From positions 1 through 24,914 of IMG/VR virus record IMGVR_UViG_3300038427_000102: DNA of 24,914 nt; one strand, given 5' to 3'. The stretch is from a virus. Lineage: Duplodnaviria; Caudoviricetes. The position numbers and the translations under genes are program-made. The notes under the pieces are model-generated. The model did not search any database. It was given only the letters and a program-made list of their open reading frames with translations, and was not told the origin of the DNA. Below, piece by piece: positions 1 to 8,735 of this stretch; the stretch's first letter is position 1; each line of letters opens with the position of its first letter.

Positions 1-1
1 C

Positions 2-85
2 CTTGAGGATGATCCAAAAAGGTGTAGATTAGCAGCAGAGTATCTAGAAAAATATGCAAGTGAGGACCGTGATGGAGACAACTAA
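2..85 (+). CDS. 3' end of an endonuclease VII-like homing nuclease (partial, starts before window)
   Basis: Frame 2 reads LEDDPKRCRLAAEYLEKYASEDRDGDN*, matching the D-D...A..YL C-terminal signature of endonuclease VII-like proteins. The ORF at 12986 ends similarly (YRALKYLKQY). Confidence 0.55.
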   Translation, partial: LEDDPKRCRLAAEYLEKYASEDRDGDN

Positions 86-287
86 GGAAAAAGGAAAAAC
101 TGGAGAGTTGTGTCATGTCTCCATATGTCGCGTTGAGAACGGGTACAAGATCTCGTGCTCTTACGAACCTGAGGAAAAGTCCCTAAGCCAACGCGCGGGT
201 TGGGTTCCGTGTATGCCTGGGGAATGCAAAGATTACGTAGAAAAAACAAAAAGTGCCGTTATAAAGCGGCTGGAAGAAATTCTGTAA
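72..287 (+). CDS. hypothetical phage protein
   Basis: ORF 54..287. ATG at 72 follows GAGGA (62-66) and is the more likely start. Confidence 0.65.
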   Translation: METTKEKGKTGELCHVSICRVENGYKISCSYEPEEKSLSQRAGWVPCMPGECKDYVEKTKSAVIKRLEEIL

Positions 288-301
288 ACTAGGAGATTAT
301 A

Positions 302-730
302 ATGGCATTTCAATCGAAGGATGGGAAATCGTTCGGCAGCAAGTTCGTTGCAAAGCGCAGGGACGATGAGCACGCTAAGATGGGAAAAGACGTGATGGGA
401 GCAACCAGCCCAGTAGAGAACAAGCCAGCCCCAGCAATGGAGCAGGAATCTTCCGAACAGGAACAGAAGCCAATGCAGGAAGACCCCAAGCAGGTTGCGA
501 TGGAGCATGGTCCGGCAACGGATGTGACAATTCATCACGATCACAAAAGTGGCAAGCACCATGTTGTTAGTCACCATGCAGATGGCCATATGCATATGTC
601 TGATCACGCGAGCGCCAAAGAAGCGCACGACGCTGCTACGCAACTGTCAGGTGGAGACCAACAGCCTGTAGCAGGCGCTGCACCTGAGGCACCGGAAGCG
701 GACGGATTTTCTGTCCCGAAATTAGCGTAA
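302..730 (+). CDS. His-rich hypothetical protein (paralogue of 742..1206)
   Basis: AGGAG RBS; 142 aa; His-rich segment EHGPATDVTIHHDHKSGKHHVVSHHADGHMH. Confidence 0.8.
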   Translation: MAFQSKDGKSFGSKFVAKRRDDEHAKMGKDVMGATSPVENKPAPAMEQESSEQEQKPMQEDPKQVAMEHGPATDVTIHHDHKSGKHHVVSHHADGHMHMSDHASAKEAHDAATQLSGGDQQPVAGAAPEAPEADGFSVPKLA

Positions 731-741
731 AGGAGATTTCA

Positions 742-1206
742 ATGGCAACCGAAACTAAAGATGGAATGAAGAAATTTGGGTCTGCTTACGCTGCAAAGCG
801 GTATGATTCTTACCATGCTGGCGCGCAACCGGGAGAGACCAATGAGAACGAGCACGCAGAACCCGTGCATCACGGGGAAGAGAAAGCAGAAAAAATAAAC
901 ACTGCTGAAGCTTCTGATGCTTCTGGGGTAAAAGCTCCACACGAAGTGGTAGCAGAGCATGGCCCTGCGCACACCGTACGTATCTCGCATTCTGAGAATG
1001 GTCATAAGGTCACTTCAAGTCACGATGACGGCTTTGAGCACACTATGTCCCACGGGTCTGCTCGGGAAGCCCACGATAGCGCCAGCAAACTGGCTTTAGA
1101 GGCTGGGGGCGAAGATCAGAATCTCGACGTTAAAAAGATGGACCATCCCGACCAACAGGCTGCAAAATCTGAGCAAGAAAATTGGGAAATGCCCGACTTG
1201 GCCTGA
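742..1206 (+). CDS. His-rich hypothetical protein (paralogue of 302..730)
   Basis: AAGGAG RBS; shares KDG..FGS...AKR.D, EHGPA..V.I.H, SA.EAHD.A..L and C-terminal P.LA with the upstream gene. Confidence 0.8.
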   Translation: MATETKDGMKKFGSAYAAKRYDSYHAGAQPGETNENEHAEPVHHGEEKAEKINTAEASDASGVKAPHEVVAEHGPAHTVRISHSENGHKVTSSHDDGFEHTMSHGSAREAHDSASKLALEAGGEDQNLDVKKMDHPDQQAAKSEQENWEMPDLA

Positions 1207-1215
1207 GGAGTAACT

Positions 1216-1377
1216 ATGCCATTTCAAAGTAAAAGTCAGCAGCGTTTTATGTACGCCCACAAAGACGATCCGAGCATGAAGAATGTGGATTTGAAAGAGT
1301 GGTCGGCTGCAACAGATTTCAAACACCTGCCAGAGAAGAAAAATACCAAGAAGCAATTCACGTACGCAAAGAAGTAG
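1216..1377 (+). CDS. small basic phage protein (53 aa, MPFQSKSQQRFMYAH...)
   Basis: Not in ORF track. GAGGAG RBS, ATG 1216, TAG 1375-1377. Resembles the small MPFKSKAQ.R.M.A phage proteins commonly found near head genes. Confidence 0.75.
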   Translation: MPFQSKSQQRFMYAHKDDPSMKNVDLKEWSAATDFKHLPEKKNTKKQFTYAKK

Positions 1378-1396
1378 ACCCAGAGAAGTCTGAGGT

Positions 1397-1510
1397 ATGC
1401 TTATGGCTTACCCGATGTGGATGCGAAAGTGCCCGCAATGCGGGCGTACGCTGTACAAAAGCGCTTTGTCAGAGACCTTGAAGTGCTTGTGTGGTTGGAT
1501 TTGGTCATGA
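1397..1510 (+). CDS. small zinc-ribbon protein (35-37 aa)
   Basis: Not in ORF track. GAGGT RBS (1392-1396), start at 1397 or 1403; MLMAYPMWMRKCPQCGRTLYKSALSETLKCLCGWIWS*. Its stop overlaps the next ATG (ATGA 1507-1510). Confidence 0.6.
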   Translation: MLMAYPMWMRKCPQCGRTLYKSALSETLKCLCGWIWS

Positions 1511-1713
1511 AACTAAGCATTGAAGAAAAGATTCTCAAGGCTGCGTGGCACGCCATGATCGCCCTAGTCGGCATATATGAATTGAGAAACCACAGGACCA
1601 AAGCGTCGAAAGTACTTGCCTGTGGACTGATTGCTTTCCATACGGATGCGGCGATTTCTGATATACAAGATAAGCCTACAGAATTGCAGCGTTTGCTAAG
1701 AAAACTAAGATAG
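1507..1713 (+). CDS. hypothetical protein, possibly membrane-associated
   Basis: 3' part of ORF 1417..1713. ATG 1507 is coupled to the upstream stop; two hydrophobic stretches. Confidence 0.6.
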   Translation: MKLSIEEKILKAAWHAMIALVGIYELRNHRTKASKVLACGLIAFHTDAAISDIQDKPTELQRLLRKLR

Positions 1714-1717
1714 ACAC

Positions 1718-1790
1718 CTCAGGACCTCGAATCCTGAGTCAGCGCCGGTCGAGTGCCATATACACTCCCGGCGCGACCTTATATGGAGGA
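1718..1790 (+). promoter_or_regulatory. hairpin + pseudoknot leader motif, copy A (upstream of HNH gene)
   Basis: CTCAGGA-cctcgaa-TCCTGAG hairpin; GCGCCGG..GAGTG-ccatata-CACTC-CCGGCGC hairpin; loop CCATATA (1756-1762) is complementary to TATATGG (1780-1786), which overlaps SD GGAGGA. Confidence 0.75.
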
Positions 1791-1795
1791 AGAAT

Positions 1796-2284
1796 ATGAG
1801 CAAAGCTACGCAAGCAGCATGGTACCAAAAGAACAAAGAACTGATCAAAGCGCGAGCCGCAGAATGGGCCAAGAATAACCCTGAACGTGTTGCAGAGATT
1901 CAAAAGAAGAGCCAAGGAAAGCACAAAGAACGCATTAGGAAATATCAAAGAAAACTGTATGCTGTGGGCACACCTGCAAGAGCAAAGAAAAACAAACGTA
2001 CAGCTAAGTGGAAAAAAGACAACCCAGAGGTGTGCCGTGCTCTTGAGAATAAGAGGAGAGCGGCCAAGGCTGAATCAGGTGGGTATTTCACTGCTGAAGA
2101 GTGGTTTATTCTTTGTTTTGCGGTAGGTTTTCGGTGCTTGTGCTGTGGCGAGAAGCGGCATTTAGAAGCGGATCATGTCGTCCCAGTTTCTAAGGGAGGA
2201 CCAAGTTGGTTGTGGAATATTCAACCACTTTGCAAGCCGTGCAACAGTAGCAAGGGAAATAAGATTGTGGACTACCGAGTTTAA
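1796..2284 (+). CDS. HNH homing endonuclease
   Basis: Basic helical N-terminus, then CLCCG...LEADHVVPVSKGG...NIQPLCKPCNSSKG (HNH/zinc motif). Confidence 0.9.
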   Translation: MSKATQAAWYQKNKELIKARAAEWAKNNPERVAEIQKKSQGKHKERIRKYQRKLYAVGTPARAKKNKRTAKWKKDNPEVCRALENKRRAAKAESGGYFTAEEWFILCFAVGFRCLCCGEKRHLEADHVVPVSKGGPSWLWNIQPLCKPCNSSKGNKIVDYRV

Positions 2285-2297
2285 GAGGAAAAAATAA

Positions 2298-4955
2298 ATG
2301 GCAGACGAATATAGCAAGGACGTAAACACCGAGACTACAAATGCTCCGTCTGCACCTATGCCGTATGAGCAACCCGAGCGCCCAGAGGACAGCCCTCTCG
2401 GTTCTTTGGCTCCGATCGAATTCTCGTCCGAGCCATTCGCAGATTTAAGTGAGGATGCAAAAGGTGCGTTGATGCAACTTGACATTCTTGCTACAAAAAC
2501 AGATGTAGCTGCTAGAAGGTTTGAAGTGGAACAAACTTGGGAAAGTTTGCACTTTGATCGCGGTTATCAACATTTGTTGAGAGGTAAACAAGGCGGTTGG
2601 ATTCTTCCCGGGCAAGCTTCAGGCTTTGGCCCAACGTCGCAGCAAAACAACAACACCATCTACGACACGAACGTGTACGGTTCCAAGGGCGACATCATCG
2701 TATCCGCCCTCTCCAGAGAAGTGCCGAAGGTGGAATTCTTCCCGGCCAACCCAGATTACGGGCCAGACATTGTGGCTGCTGAAGAGGCAGACAGTTTCAA
2801 AGAGATTTGGGCACGAAATAACAACCTTCATGCGTTGCTCGTAGATTGCGCACGCATCATGTGGAACGAAGATCGAGTACTTGCTTGGACTCGCTATGAA
2901 TTGAACGGTCAGCTCTACGGTTTTGAAGGTGGAGACGAAGACGACAATGCCCCAGTCACAGCAGAGGACATACTGAATCCGCCCGAGGATACACCTACAG
3001 GCCAAGAAGGTCTGGAGGAGTTTCGTGAGCAGACAGAATCGCCCTTGGGAGACGAAGACGAAGAGGGAGCGGTCCCTGAAGAGACCGAAGAATACATCGT
3101 TCCTCCAGCAGAGCCCATAAAGAAATCTCGTGGTAGGGAAGTCACTACGCTCCACGGAAAGTTGGATCACAAAGTTCCAATTGCTGTGGACTTCATCAAG
3201 GACATGCAGTTTGTGAAGTTGTACGAAGACCTTGACGTAGCGATTGTTAAAGCGAAATACCCGTGGATTGCCGATAAGATCAAGCCGGGTTCAGATAACA
3301 ACACAGAGACAGAATTGGACAGAATTGCTCGTGAAAACACGAGGCAGGCCGTCCTCGGCGCTTACGTGACTGGTGACTCTTTACAGAGACACACGGTCGT
3401 ATCGCATACGTGGTTTCGTCCGTCAATGTTCATGGACGAAAAGGTGAATGATCAGGTTCGTGCTGAACTTTTGGAAGCGTTCCCCAACGGGTGCCTACTC
3501 GTTAAAGCAGGAGCGAACTACGCATACTCGAAGAACGAGAGTATGGATGCTCACCTAGCAATAGGTCACCCATTCTCAGGCAAAGGCCAGAACCGGCGCG
3601 CTCTCGGAACGTCTCTGATCTCCATCCAAAAGAGGATCAACGATTGGGTTGACCTCCAAGACAGTTTCTTCAAGAATACGGTGCCAAAGAAGTGGATGAA
3701 TGCCGAAGCATTCAACATGGACGCCATACAAAAACAGAATAATGTTCCCGGCAGCATCGGTCCCTTTCAACCTCAGCCCGGGCTTACTACCATGGATCAA
3801 TACATCATGGTCGAGCCTACCCCGCAGCCGCAAAATGCTCTGGGCGATTTTATCAAATGGTTCATCACCACTCTTTCAGAAGAGATCACTGGTGCACTCC
3901 CAAGTTTGTTTGGGGCGGCGACTGGTGAGAATACGGTAGGTAACGCGGTAATCCAGATGGATCAGGCACTCCAACGTATAGGGTGCCCATGGAACAACAT
4001 TCAAGACATGTTTGCAGAATGCGCGCGTCAAGCAGTAGGTTGCGCGGCAGACTGTAGAGATGGAAAGAAAATTTCACAGACACTACCGGGTAGAGGAAAG
4101 GTTACAGTCAACACCTCCAACCTCGCCGGTAAGGTTCTATGCTTCCCCGAGGCCAACCCAGCATTCCCCGAGTCTTGGAATCAGAAGGAAGCGAAGTTGA
4201 TCAAGATGATTGACGCAAGTACGCAGAATGAAGCAATTAGACAGTGGTTGTTCTCGCCGTCGAATTTGCCTATACTGCAAAGTGGAATACGTCTGAAGAA
4301 ATTCAAAGTCCCCGGCGCGGACTCAATCACTAAACAGAAGGGGGAGATGGAGTTGCTATTGAGGTCAGGACCAATGCCCAACCCGGCTGTGCTGCAGATA
4401 CAACAAGTACTGATGAAAGCTGCAGAACAGATGCAACTTGCACAAAAGCAGATGCAACCTGTACCGCCAGAAAGCATGGCTATGGTGCAGCAGTTGCAGA
4501 AGCAGATGCAGGCTATGCCTCCACAAGTGAGTACTCTACCTGTTGCGCAGGATGAAAGCGAAAATCACGCAGTGGAAGCTGGTGCTTGTTTTGATTGGAT
4601 AACAAGCAGTGAAGGTCAGGGTTTTAAGTATGGACCTCCCGAGCAGCGTGCAGCATTTCAAAATCTGCATCTTCATTGGAGTGAACATTTAGCTATGGCA
4701 AAGAAGATAGCACTTGCAAATGCTCCTCCAAATAAACCGCCTTCTGAAAGCATCAGTTTGGACATAAGCAAGATGCCTACACCCGTTGCTATACAAGCTC
4801 TCGCAAAGATGCAAATAAACGCGAGCCCAGCTGATTTCCAACAGCACAACGCAGAGCAGTTGAACACCGCAGTACAGAAAAAAGCTATACCCGCTGCATT
4901 AGCGGATCACGGTAAGCAACAATTAGAAGTACCTCCGAGACAGCTTCGGAGATAA
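2298..4955 (+). CDS. probable portal protein
   Basis: 885 aa, GAGGA RBS, upstream of scaffold-like and capsid genes. EEITGALPSLFG segment and Gln/Met/Pro-rich C-terminal region as in P22-like portals; acidic insertion around aa 210-270. Assignment is from context and weak motifs. Confidence 0.65.
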   Translation: MADEYSKDVNTETTNAPSAPMPYEQPERPEDSPLGSLAPIEFSSEPFADLSEDAKGALMQLDILATKTDVAARRFEVEQTWESLHFDRGYQHLLRGKQGGWILPGQASGFGPTSQQNNNTIYDTNVYGSKGDIIVSALSREVPKVEFFPANPDYGPDIVAAEEADSFKEIWARNNNLHALLVDCARIMWNEDRVLAWTRYELNGQLYGFEGGDEDDNAPVTAEDILNPPEDTPTGQEGLEEFREQTESPLGDEDEEGAVPEETEEYIVPPAEPIKKSRGREVTTLHGKLDHKVPIAVDFIKDMQFVKLYEDLDVAIVKAKYPWIADKIKPGSDNNTETELDRIARENTRQAVLGAYVTGDSLQRHTVVSHTWFRPSMFMDEKVNDQVRAELLEAFPNGCLLVKAGANYAYSKNESMDAHLAIGHPFSGKGQNRRALGTSLISIQKRINDWVDLQDSFFKNTVPKKWMNAEAFNMDAIQKQNNVPGSIGPFQPQPGLTTMDQYIMVEPTPQPQNALGDFIKWFITTLSEEITGALPSLFGAATGENTVGNAVIQMDQALQRIGCPWNNIQDMFAECARQAVGCAADCRDGKKISQTLPGRGKVTVNTSNLAGKVLCFPEANPAFPESWNQKEAKLIKMIDASTQNEAIRQWLFSPSNLPILQSGIRLKKFKVPGADSITKQKGEMELLLRSGPMPNPAVLQIQQVLMKAAEQMQLAQKQMQPVPPESMAMVQQLQKQMQAMPPQVSTLPVAQDESENHAVEAGACFDWITSSEGQGFKYGPPEQRAAFQNLHLHWSEHLAMAKKIALANAPPNKPPSESISLDISKMPTPVAIQALAKMQINASPADFQQHNAEQLNTAVQKKAIPAALADHGKQQLEVPPRQLRR

Positions 4956-4960
4956 GAAAT

Positions 4961-5032
4961 CTCAGACCTTGATCAGTCTGGGCTAGCGTATGGGGAAGCC
5001 CGAAACTTCCCCTGCGCGACCTTTCGGGAGGT
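4961..5032 (+). promoter_or_regulatory. hairpin + pseudoknot leader motif, copy B (upstream of GIY-YIG gene)
   Basis: CTCAGAC-cttgatca-GTCTGGG; GGGGAAG-cccgaaa-CTTCCCC; loop CCCGAAA (4999-5005) is complementary to TTTCGGG (5022-5028), which overlaps SD GGAGGT. Confidence 0.75.
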
Positions 5033-5036
5033 AAAG

Positions 5037-5612
5037 ATGATAGTTTATTTGATTACCAATAAAGTGAATGGAAAGCAGTATGTAGGTCAAACTACAAAAA
5101 CTGTAGAAAAGAGATGGGAAAAGCATCTAGAAAATGCAGATTTAGGTATTAAGTTTCTAATCTACAAATCCATAAGAAAGTATGGTGCAGAAAACTTTTC
5201 TCGTGTCATACTTCACGAATGTGAAACCAAAGAAGAGATGGATTTCGTGGAGATGTTCTACATTGCACTACTGAGTACCAAAGCACCAAATGGGCACAAC
5301 TTAACAGACGGTGGAGAAGGCCAATTTGGACGTAGACTTTCAGAAAAAGCTATACAAAAAATGAGAGATGCGTTTACGGGGAAACCAAACCCTAAGAATT
5401 CCGAGCATCTTAAGAAGAACCCAAGACCAAGAAACCCTGTAAATGGCAGATTGTTAAGCGACAACGAAATAGCCACAGGAAATTGGGACACTACACCGGC
5501 AAAAGCCTCTGAAGAGACTCGTCTAAAGATGAGTAAAGCACATGAGGGTTTTAGACATACAGAGGAATCAAAAGCCAAGATGAGAGGAAAACGTGGCCCA
5601 AGAAAAAGGTAA
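5037..5612 (+). CDS. GIY-YIG homing endonuclease with NUMOD3-like C-terminal repeats
   Basis: IVYLITNKVNGKQYVGQT...RWEKH...E..YI...NLTDGGEG; repeats SEETRLKMSKAHEG and HTEESKAKMRG. Confidence 0.9.
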   Translation: MIVYLITNKVNGKQYVGQTTKTVEKRWEKHLENADLGIKFLIYKSIRKYGAENFSRVILHECETKEEMDFVEMFYIALLSTKAPNGHNLTDGGEGQFGRRLSEKAIQKMRDAFTGKPNPKNSEHLKKNPRPRNPVNGRLLSDNEIATGNWDTTPAKASEETRLKMSKAHEGFRHTEESKAKMRGKRGPRKR

Positions 5613-6225
5613 GAAATTGGTTTGTCTCGTACAAAGGCATGGAAGTACAATTTTGAATGAAAGTAATTCCTTCCGTGCGCGAATGGACCCTCCCTTAGAT
5701 GAACAAGGAGAGCAACAAGCTCAGGATGCTGCAGAAAATCTAAGGAACGAAGGGATAAGCCCGGAACGTATAGTCTCCTCTCCTATGCTCAGGGCAGTGC
5801 AAACAGCAGATGCATTTGCAGAAGAATTTGGGTTAGATGTAGAGCAAGATAGGGCTCTTATAAGTTGGAATCTTGGATTTCTTTCGGGAAAAGACAGAGA
5901 CGATTACGGACCAATTCTTGAACTTTATGTGGACAATCCAAAGTTGACCATTCCTGATGGAGAGCCTTTAGTGGATTTAGAAGACCGCACATTTGAATAC
6001 TTTGACAAAGAATTGAAGAAAGATAAATTGACGGTTTTCATAAGTCACAATTCCAACATTGTAACATTAGAATCTTTAATCGCTGGAGACAAAGTAGGAA
6101 GACCAGAATCCTCAGAGACATCAGTGCAGCCGGGAGGTACTATGGCTGTCTATGTAGATGATTCAGGAAAATATACCACAGAGGTTCTTTTTGGCTCAGA
6201 GAAGAAAGCAGAACTGAGTAGTTAG
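5593..6225 (+). CDS. histidine phosphatase (phosphoglycerate mutase-like) family protein
   Basis: Catalytic RHG motif (QRHGST), SSPMLRAVQTA and late VFISH motif; GTG start after GAGGA. Confidence 0.85.
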   Translation: MAQEKGKKLVCLVQRHGSTILNESNSFRARMDPPLDEQGEQQAQDAAENLRNEGISPERIVSSPMLRAVQTADAFAEEFGLDVEQDRALISWNLGFLSGKDRDDYGPILELYVDNPKLTIPDGEPLVDLEDRTFEYFDKELKKDKLTVFISHNSNIVTLESLIAGDKVGRPESSETSVQPGGTMAVYVDDSGKYTTEVLFGSEKKAELSS

Positions 6226-6256
6226 GGAGTTAGTAATGAATGACTGTCTAGTCTAA

Positions 6257-6287
6257 GAATCCCAGACTTCAAGTCTGGGAGCATCAA
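6257..6287 (+). mobile_element. orphan IS200/IS605-family right-end-like palindrome
   Basis: GAAT (6257-6260), hairpin TCCCAGACT-tca-AGTCTGGGA (6260-6280), then TCAA (6284-6287). This is the guide/hairpin/cleavage-tetranucleotide layout of IS608-type right ends. No tnpA or tnpB nearby. Confidence 0.6.
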
Positions 6288-6441
6288 TCAGAAGCAAGAA
6301 TAGCAAGACTCCTCCAAGCAGCCGCGACTCTTTACACGAGCGGCCACGTACGGGAGGATGCAGTGCACGTAGCTCTACAACTGGAAGCACAGGTTGTTGC
6401 TGCGTTAGGCTCAGAGAAAAAGACTCAAGGAGAAGTGACTC

Positions 6442-7905
6442 ATGTCAGATGAAGCAGGAGTTTTAGATTTTACAGGTGTAGATTTAGCAGCCACAGCCTC
6501 AGCAGACGCTTCGGTAGTGACCTCAGAAATTACAGAAACCCCAACGGTAGAAACGCCAGCAGCGGAGACACCAGCAGTCGAAGTACCGACAGATGCACCC
6601 AAAAAAGATCAGAAGACTCAGTATGATAGTTCTGGACAACCTGTTGAGAAGACCGAAGCCGATAAAGCAGAGGATGATGGTAAAGAGTTTGGAGAAAAGA
6701 CTCCGCAAGACGTACGAAAAGCATTGTCTGCCTTCAAGAAGTCTTCTCCAGAAGCGGCAAAAATGTCCGCTCAACTTCATGGTAGCTATGAAAGATGGGA
6801 AGCAACCAAGGCAATTTTCCCTGGTGGCGTCAATGAGATCAAAGCAGCCAAAGAATTCATGGACCTCGTTGGCGGGCACGAAGGGCTAGAATCGCTTTCA
6901 AATGTGAAGGCCAATGCGGAAGCCAGTGACGGCAAGTTGTACGCTGGTGATCCTCAGTTGATCAAGGATATCGAAGCAGACCTGAAGGCACAAGGCAAGA
7001 ATGATGCATGGGGAAAATTAGCCCCTGCCTTCTTGGATGCAGTGAAGGCCAACGATGAAGCCGGATATAAGGCGGCTTTTGCTCCACATTTCGTGGCAGG
7101 TCTGGACTCAGCTAATCTGCCGGGAGCACTGAATTACCTAGTGAAGTCGTTGAATGATCCAGACCCAGCCAAGGCAGTTGCTGCGGCTAAAGAAGCTGCA
7201 TTAGACATCAAGGGTTGGTATGACAAACTTTCAGCCGAGAACAAGAAGGCTAAGGAGAACGTCGTATCCCCCGAGCGCAAGCAGCTCGATGAGGAACGAG
7301 CAGCTTTCTTTAAACAGCAAGAAGAATTCAAGACCAACCAGACGACAGAATTCAAGAACAGCGTTGCCAAGAGTTGCGAGAGTGTCAACAACAAGACCCT
7401 CGGTGCATCACTAGGCTCTTACTTGAATATGCCGTTCTTCAAAGGCTTCGGGCGTGAAAACCTGATGCCTCTGGGCAACACCATCAAGGCTACTCTGTAC
7501 GAAACCCTCAAGGCCGACAGCGCTTATCAGGCGCAGATGAAGGCCATGTGGGGCGCAAAGACTCCTGATCGCGCTAAGATCGAGGAGTACCACAAAGCGA
7601 AGGTGGATTCTATTTCAGAAGACCTCGTACGTGGGGTCGTACAGAAGATGTACCCCGGGTACGCTAAAGGCGGGGCAGCAGCGGGCCGCGTATCAGCTAA
7701 GGCAGAAAAGACAGCTACAGCAGCCAAAGTGGACGCTAAGGCAGTAGCTACCAACAAGCCGGTGTACGTTGCACAGAAGCCCGGTCGAGACATGCTCGAT
7801 ATGGACCACGTTGACAAGAACGGAAAGTCCGATGCAGTCATGGAAATGATTGCAGGCCGAGGGTTCCTCAAGGGCTCAGGCAAATGGATAACCTGGCGTA
7901 AGTGA
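6442..7905 (+). CDS. putative scaffolding/head-assembly protein
   Basis: 487 aa, AAGGAG RBS, acidic low-complexity N-terminus (TETPTVETPAAETPAVEVP), Ala/Lys-rich helical body; lies between portal and capsid genes. Confidence 0.55.
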   Translation: MSDEAGVLDFTGVDLAATASADASVVTSEITETPTVETPAAETPAVEVPTDAPKKDQKTQYDSSGQPVEKTEADKAEDDGKEFGEKTPQDVRKALSAFKKSSPEAAKMSAQLHGSYERWEATKAIFPGGVNEIKAAKEFMDLVGGHEGLESLSNVKANAEASDGKLYAGDPQLIKDIEADLKAQGKNDAWGKLAPAFLDAVKANDEAGYKAAFAPHFVAGLDSANLPGALNYLVKSLNDPDPAKAVAAAKEAALDIKGWYDKLSAENKKAKENVVSPERKQLDEERAAFFKQQEEFKTNQTTEFKNSVAKSCESVNNKTLGASLGSYLNMPFFKGFGRENLMPLGNTIKATLYETLKADSAYQAQMKAMWGAKTPDRAKIEEYHKAKVDSISEDLVRGVVQKMYPGYAKGGAAAGRVSAKAEKTATAAKVDAKAVATNKPVYVAQKPGRDMLDMDHVDKNGKSDAVMEMIAGRGFLKGSGKWITWRK

Positions 7906-7912
7906 TTGAAAA

Positions 7913-7985
7913 TACAGGACTTATAACCCTGTACTAGAGTTGGGAGGTGCACGAACACCTCCCTGCTCAACCTTTTCGTGGAGGA
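7913..7985 (+). promoter_or_regulatory. hairpin + pseudoknot leader motif, copy C (upstream of GIY-YIG gene)
   Basis: TACAGG-acttataac-CCTGTA; GGGAGGTG-cacgaa-CACCTCCC; loop CACGAA (7950-7955) is complementary to TTCGTG (7975-7980), which abuts SD GGAGGA. Confidence 0.75.
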
Positions 7986-7989
7986 ATCA

Positions 7990-8580
7990 ATGTTTGGAAT
8001 AATTTACAGAATTACCAATGCCGAAACAGGTATGGAATACGTAGGACAAACCGTGCAATCCCTTAGAGAACGCTGGGTAGAGCACATGTCTCATGCTCGG
8101 CAAGTAAAAAGCCAATCCTATATGTCTCGGGCTCTTAGGAAGTACCCGATTGAAGCATTCGTTGTAGAGTCGATTCACGAGTGTGAATCCCAAGAAGAAC
8201 TGGATTTTGTAGAAACCTTCTACATTTCCCTACTCAACACTAAGGCTCCCAATGGGTACAATTTAGCAGACGGCGGTGGAGGAGTTTCTGGGTGGCAGAA
8301 TGGCAAAGGAAATGTGCCCACCGAAGAGACGAGAAAAAGACTCAGTGAGGCTGGAAAAGGCAACACAAATGCCTTGGGTAAAAAGTATTCAAAAGAGTTT
8401 TGTGAAAAGATTAGCGTAGCCTTGAGTAAACGGGTGCGCAAGGAAGAATCGTATAACACTCCGAAATGTCTAGAGAAAAGAAAGAACTATAGACATGGGA
8501 AGGAAGCAAGGGCCGCTATTAGCGCAGGGCTTAAGGGAAAACCTTGGTCTGAAACAAGGCGCGCGGCACAAAGAGTTTAG
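7990..8580 (+). CDS. GIY-YIG homing endonuclease (paralogue of 5037..5612)
   Basis: GIIYRITNAETGMEYVGQT...RWVEH; HECESQEELDFVETFYISLLNTKAPNGYNLADGG is close to the 5037 gene. ATG 7990 follows SD GGAGGA. Confidence 0.9.
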   Translation: MFGIIYRITNAETGMEYVGQTVQSLRERWVEHMSHARQVKSQSYMSRALRKYPIEAFVVESIHECESQEELDFVETFYISLLNTKAPNGYNLADGGGGVSGWQNGKGNVPTEETRKRLSEAGKGNTNALGKKYSKEFCEKISVALSKRVRKEESYNTPKCLEKRKNYRHGKEARAAISAGLKGKPWSETRRAAQRV

Positions 8581-8735
8581 AACTGAACTAAACATCATGT
8601 ACTTTCTGATTGGTCCCTACAAGACGATAAACTGGAGCAGAAAGTGCTTGATGCACAATTTGATGGCTCAGCACGGCACTACGGAAACCTCAGAATTTTT
8701 CGTAGGTGACTATATATCAAAGGAAATAATTTTAT

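Noticed and set aside
1718-1738. tRNA fragment (loop resembles a T-arm, CTCGAATCC)
   Set aside because: No acceptor, D or anticodon arms; it is hairpin 1 of the repeated nuclease leader motif.
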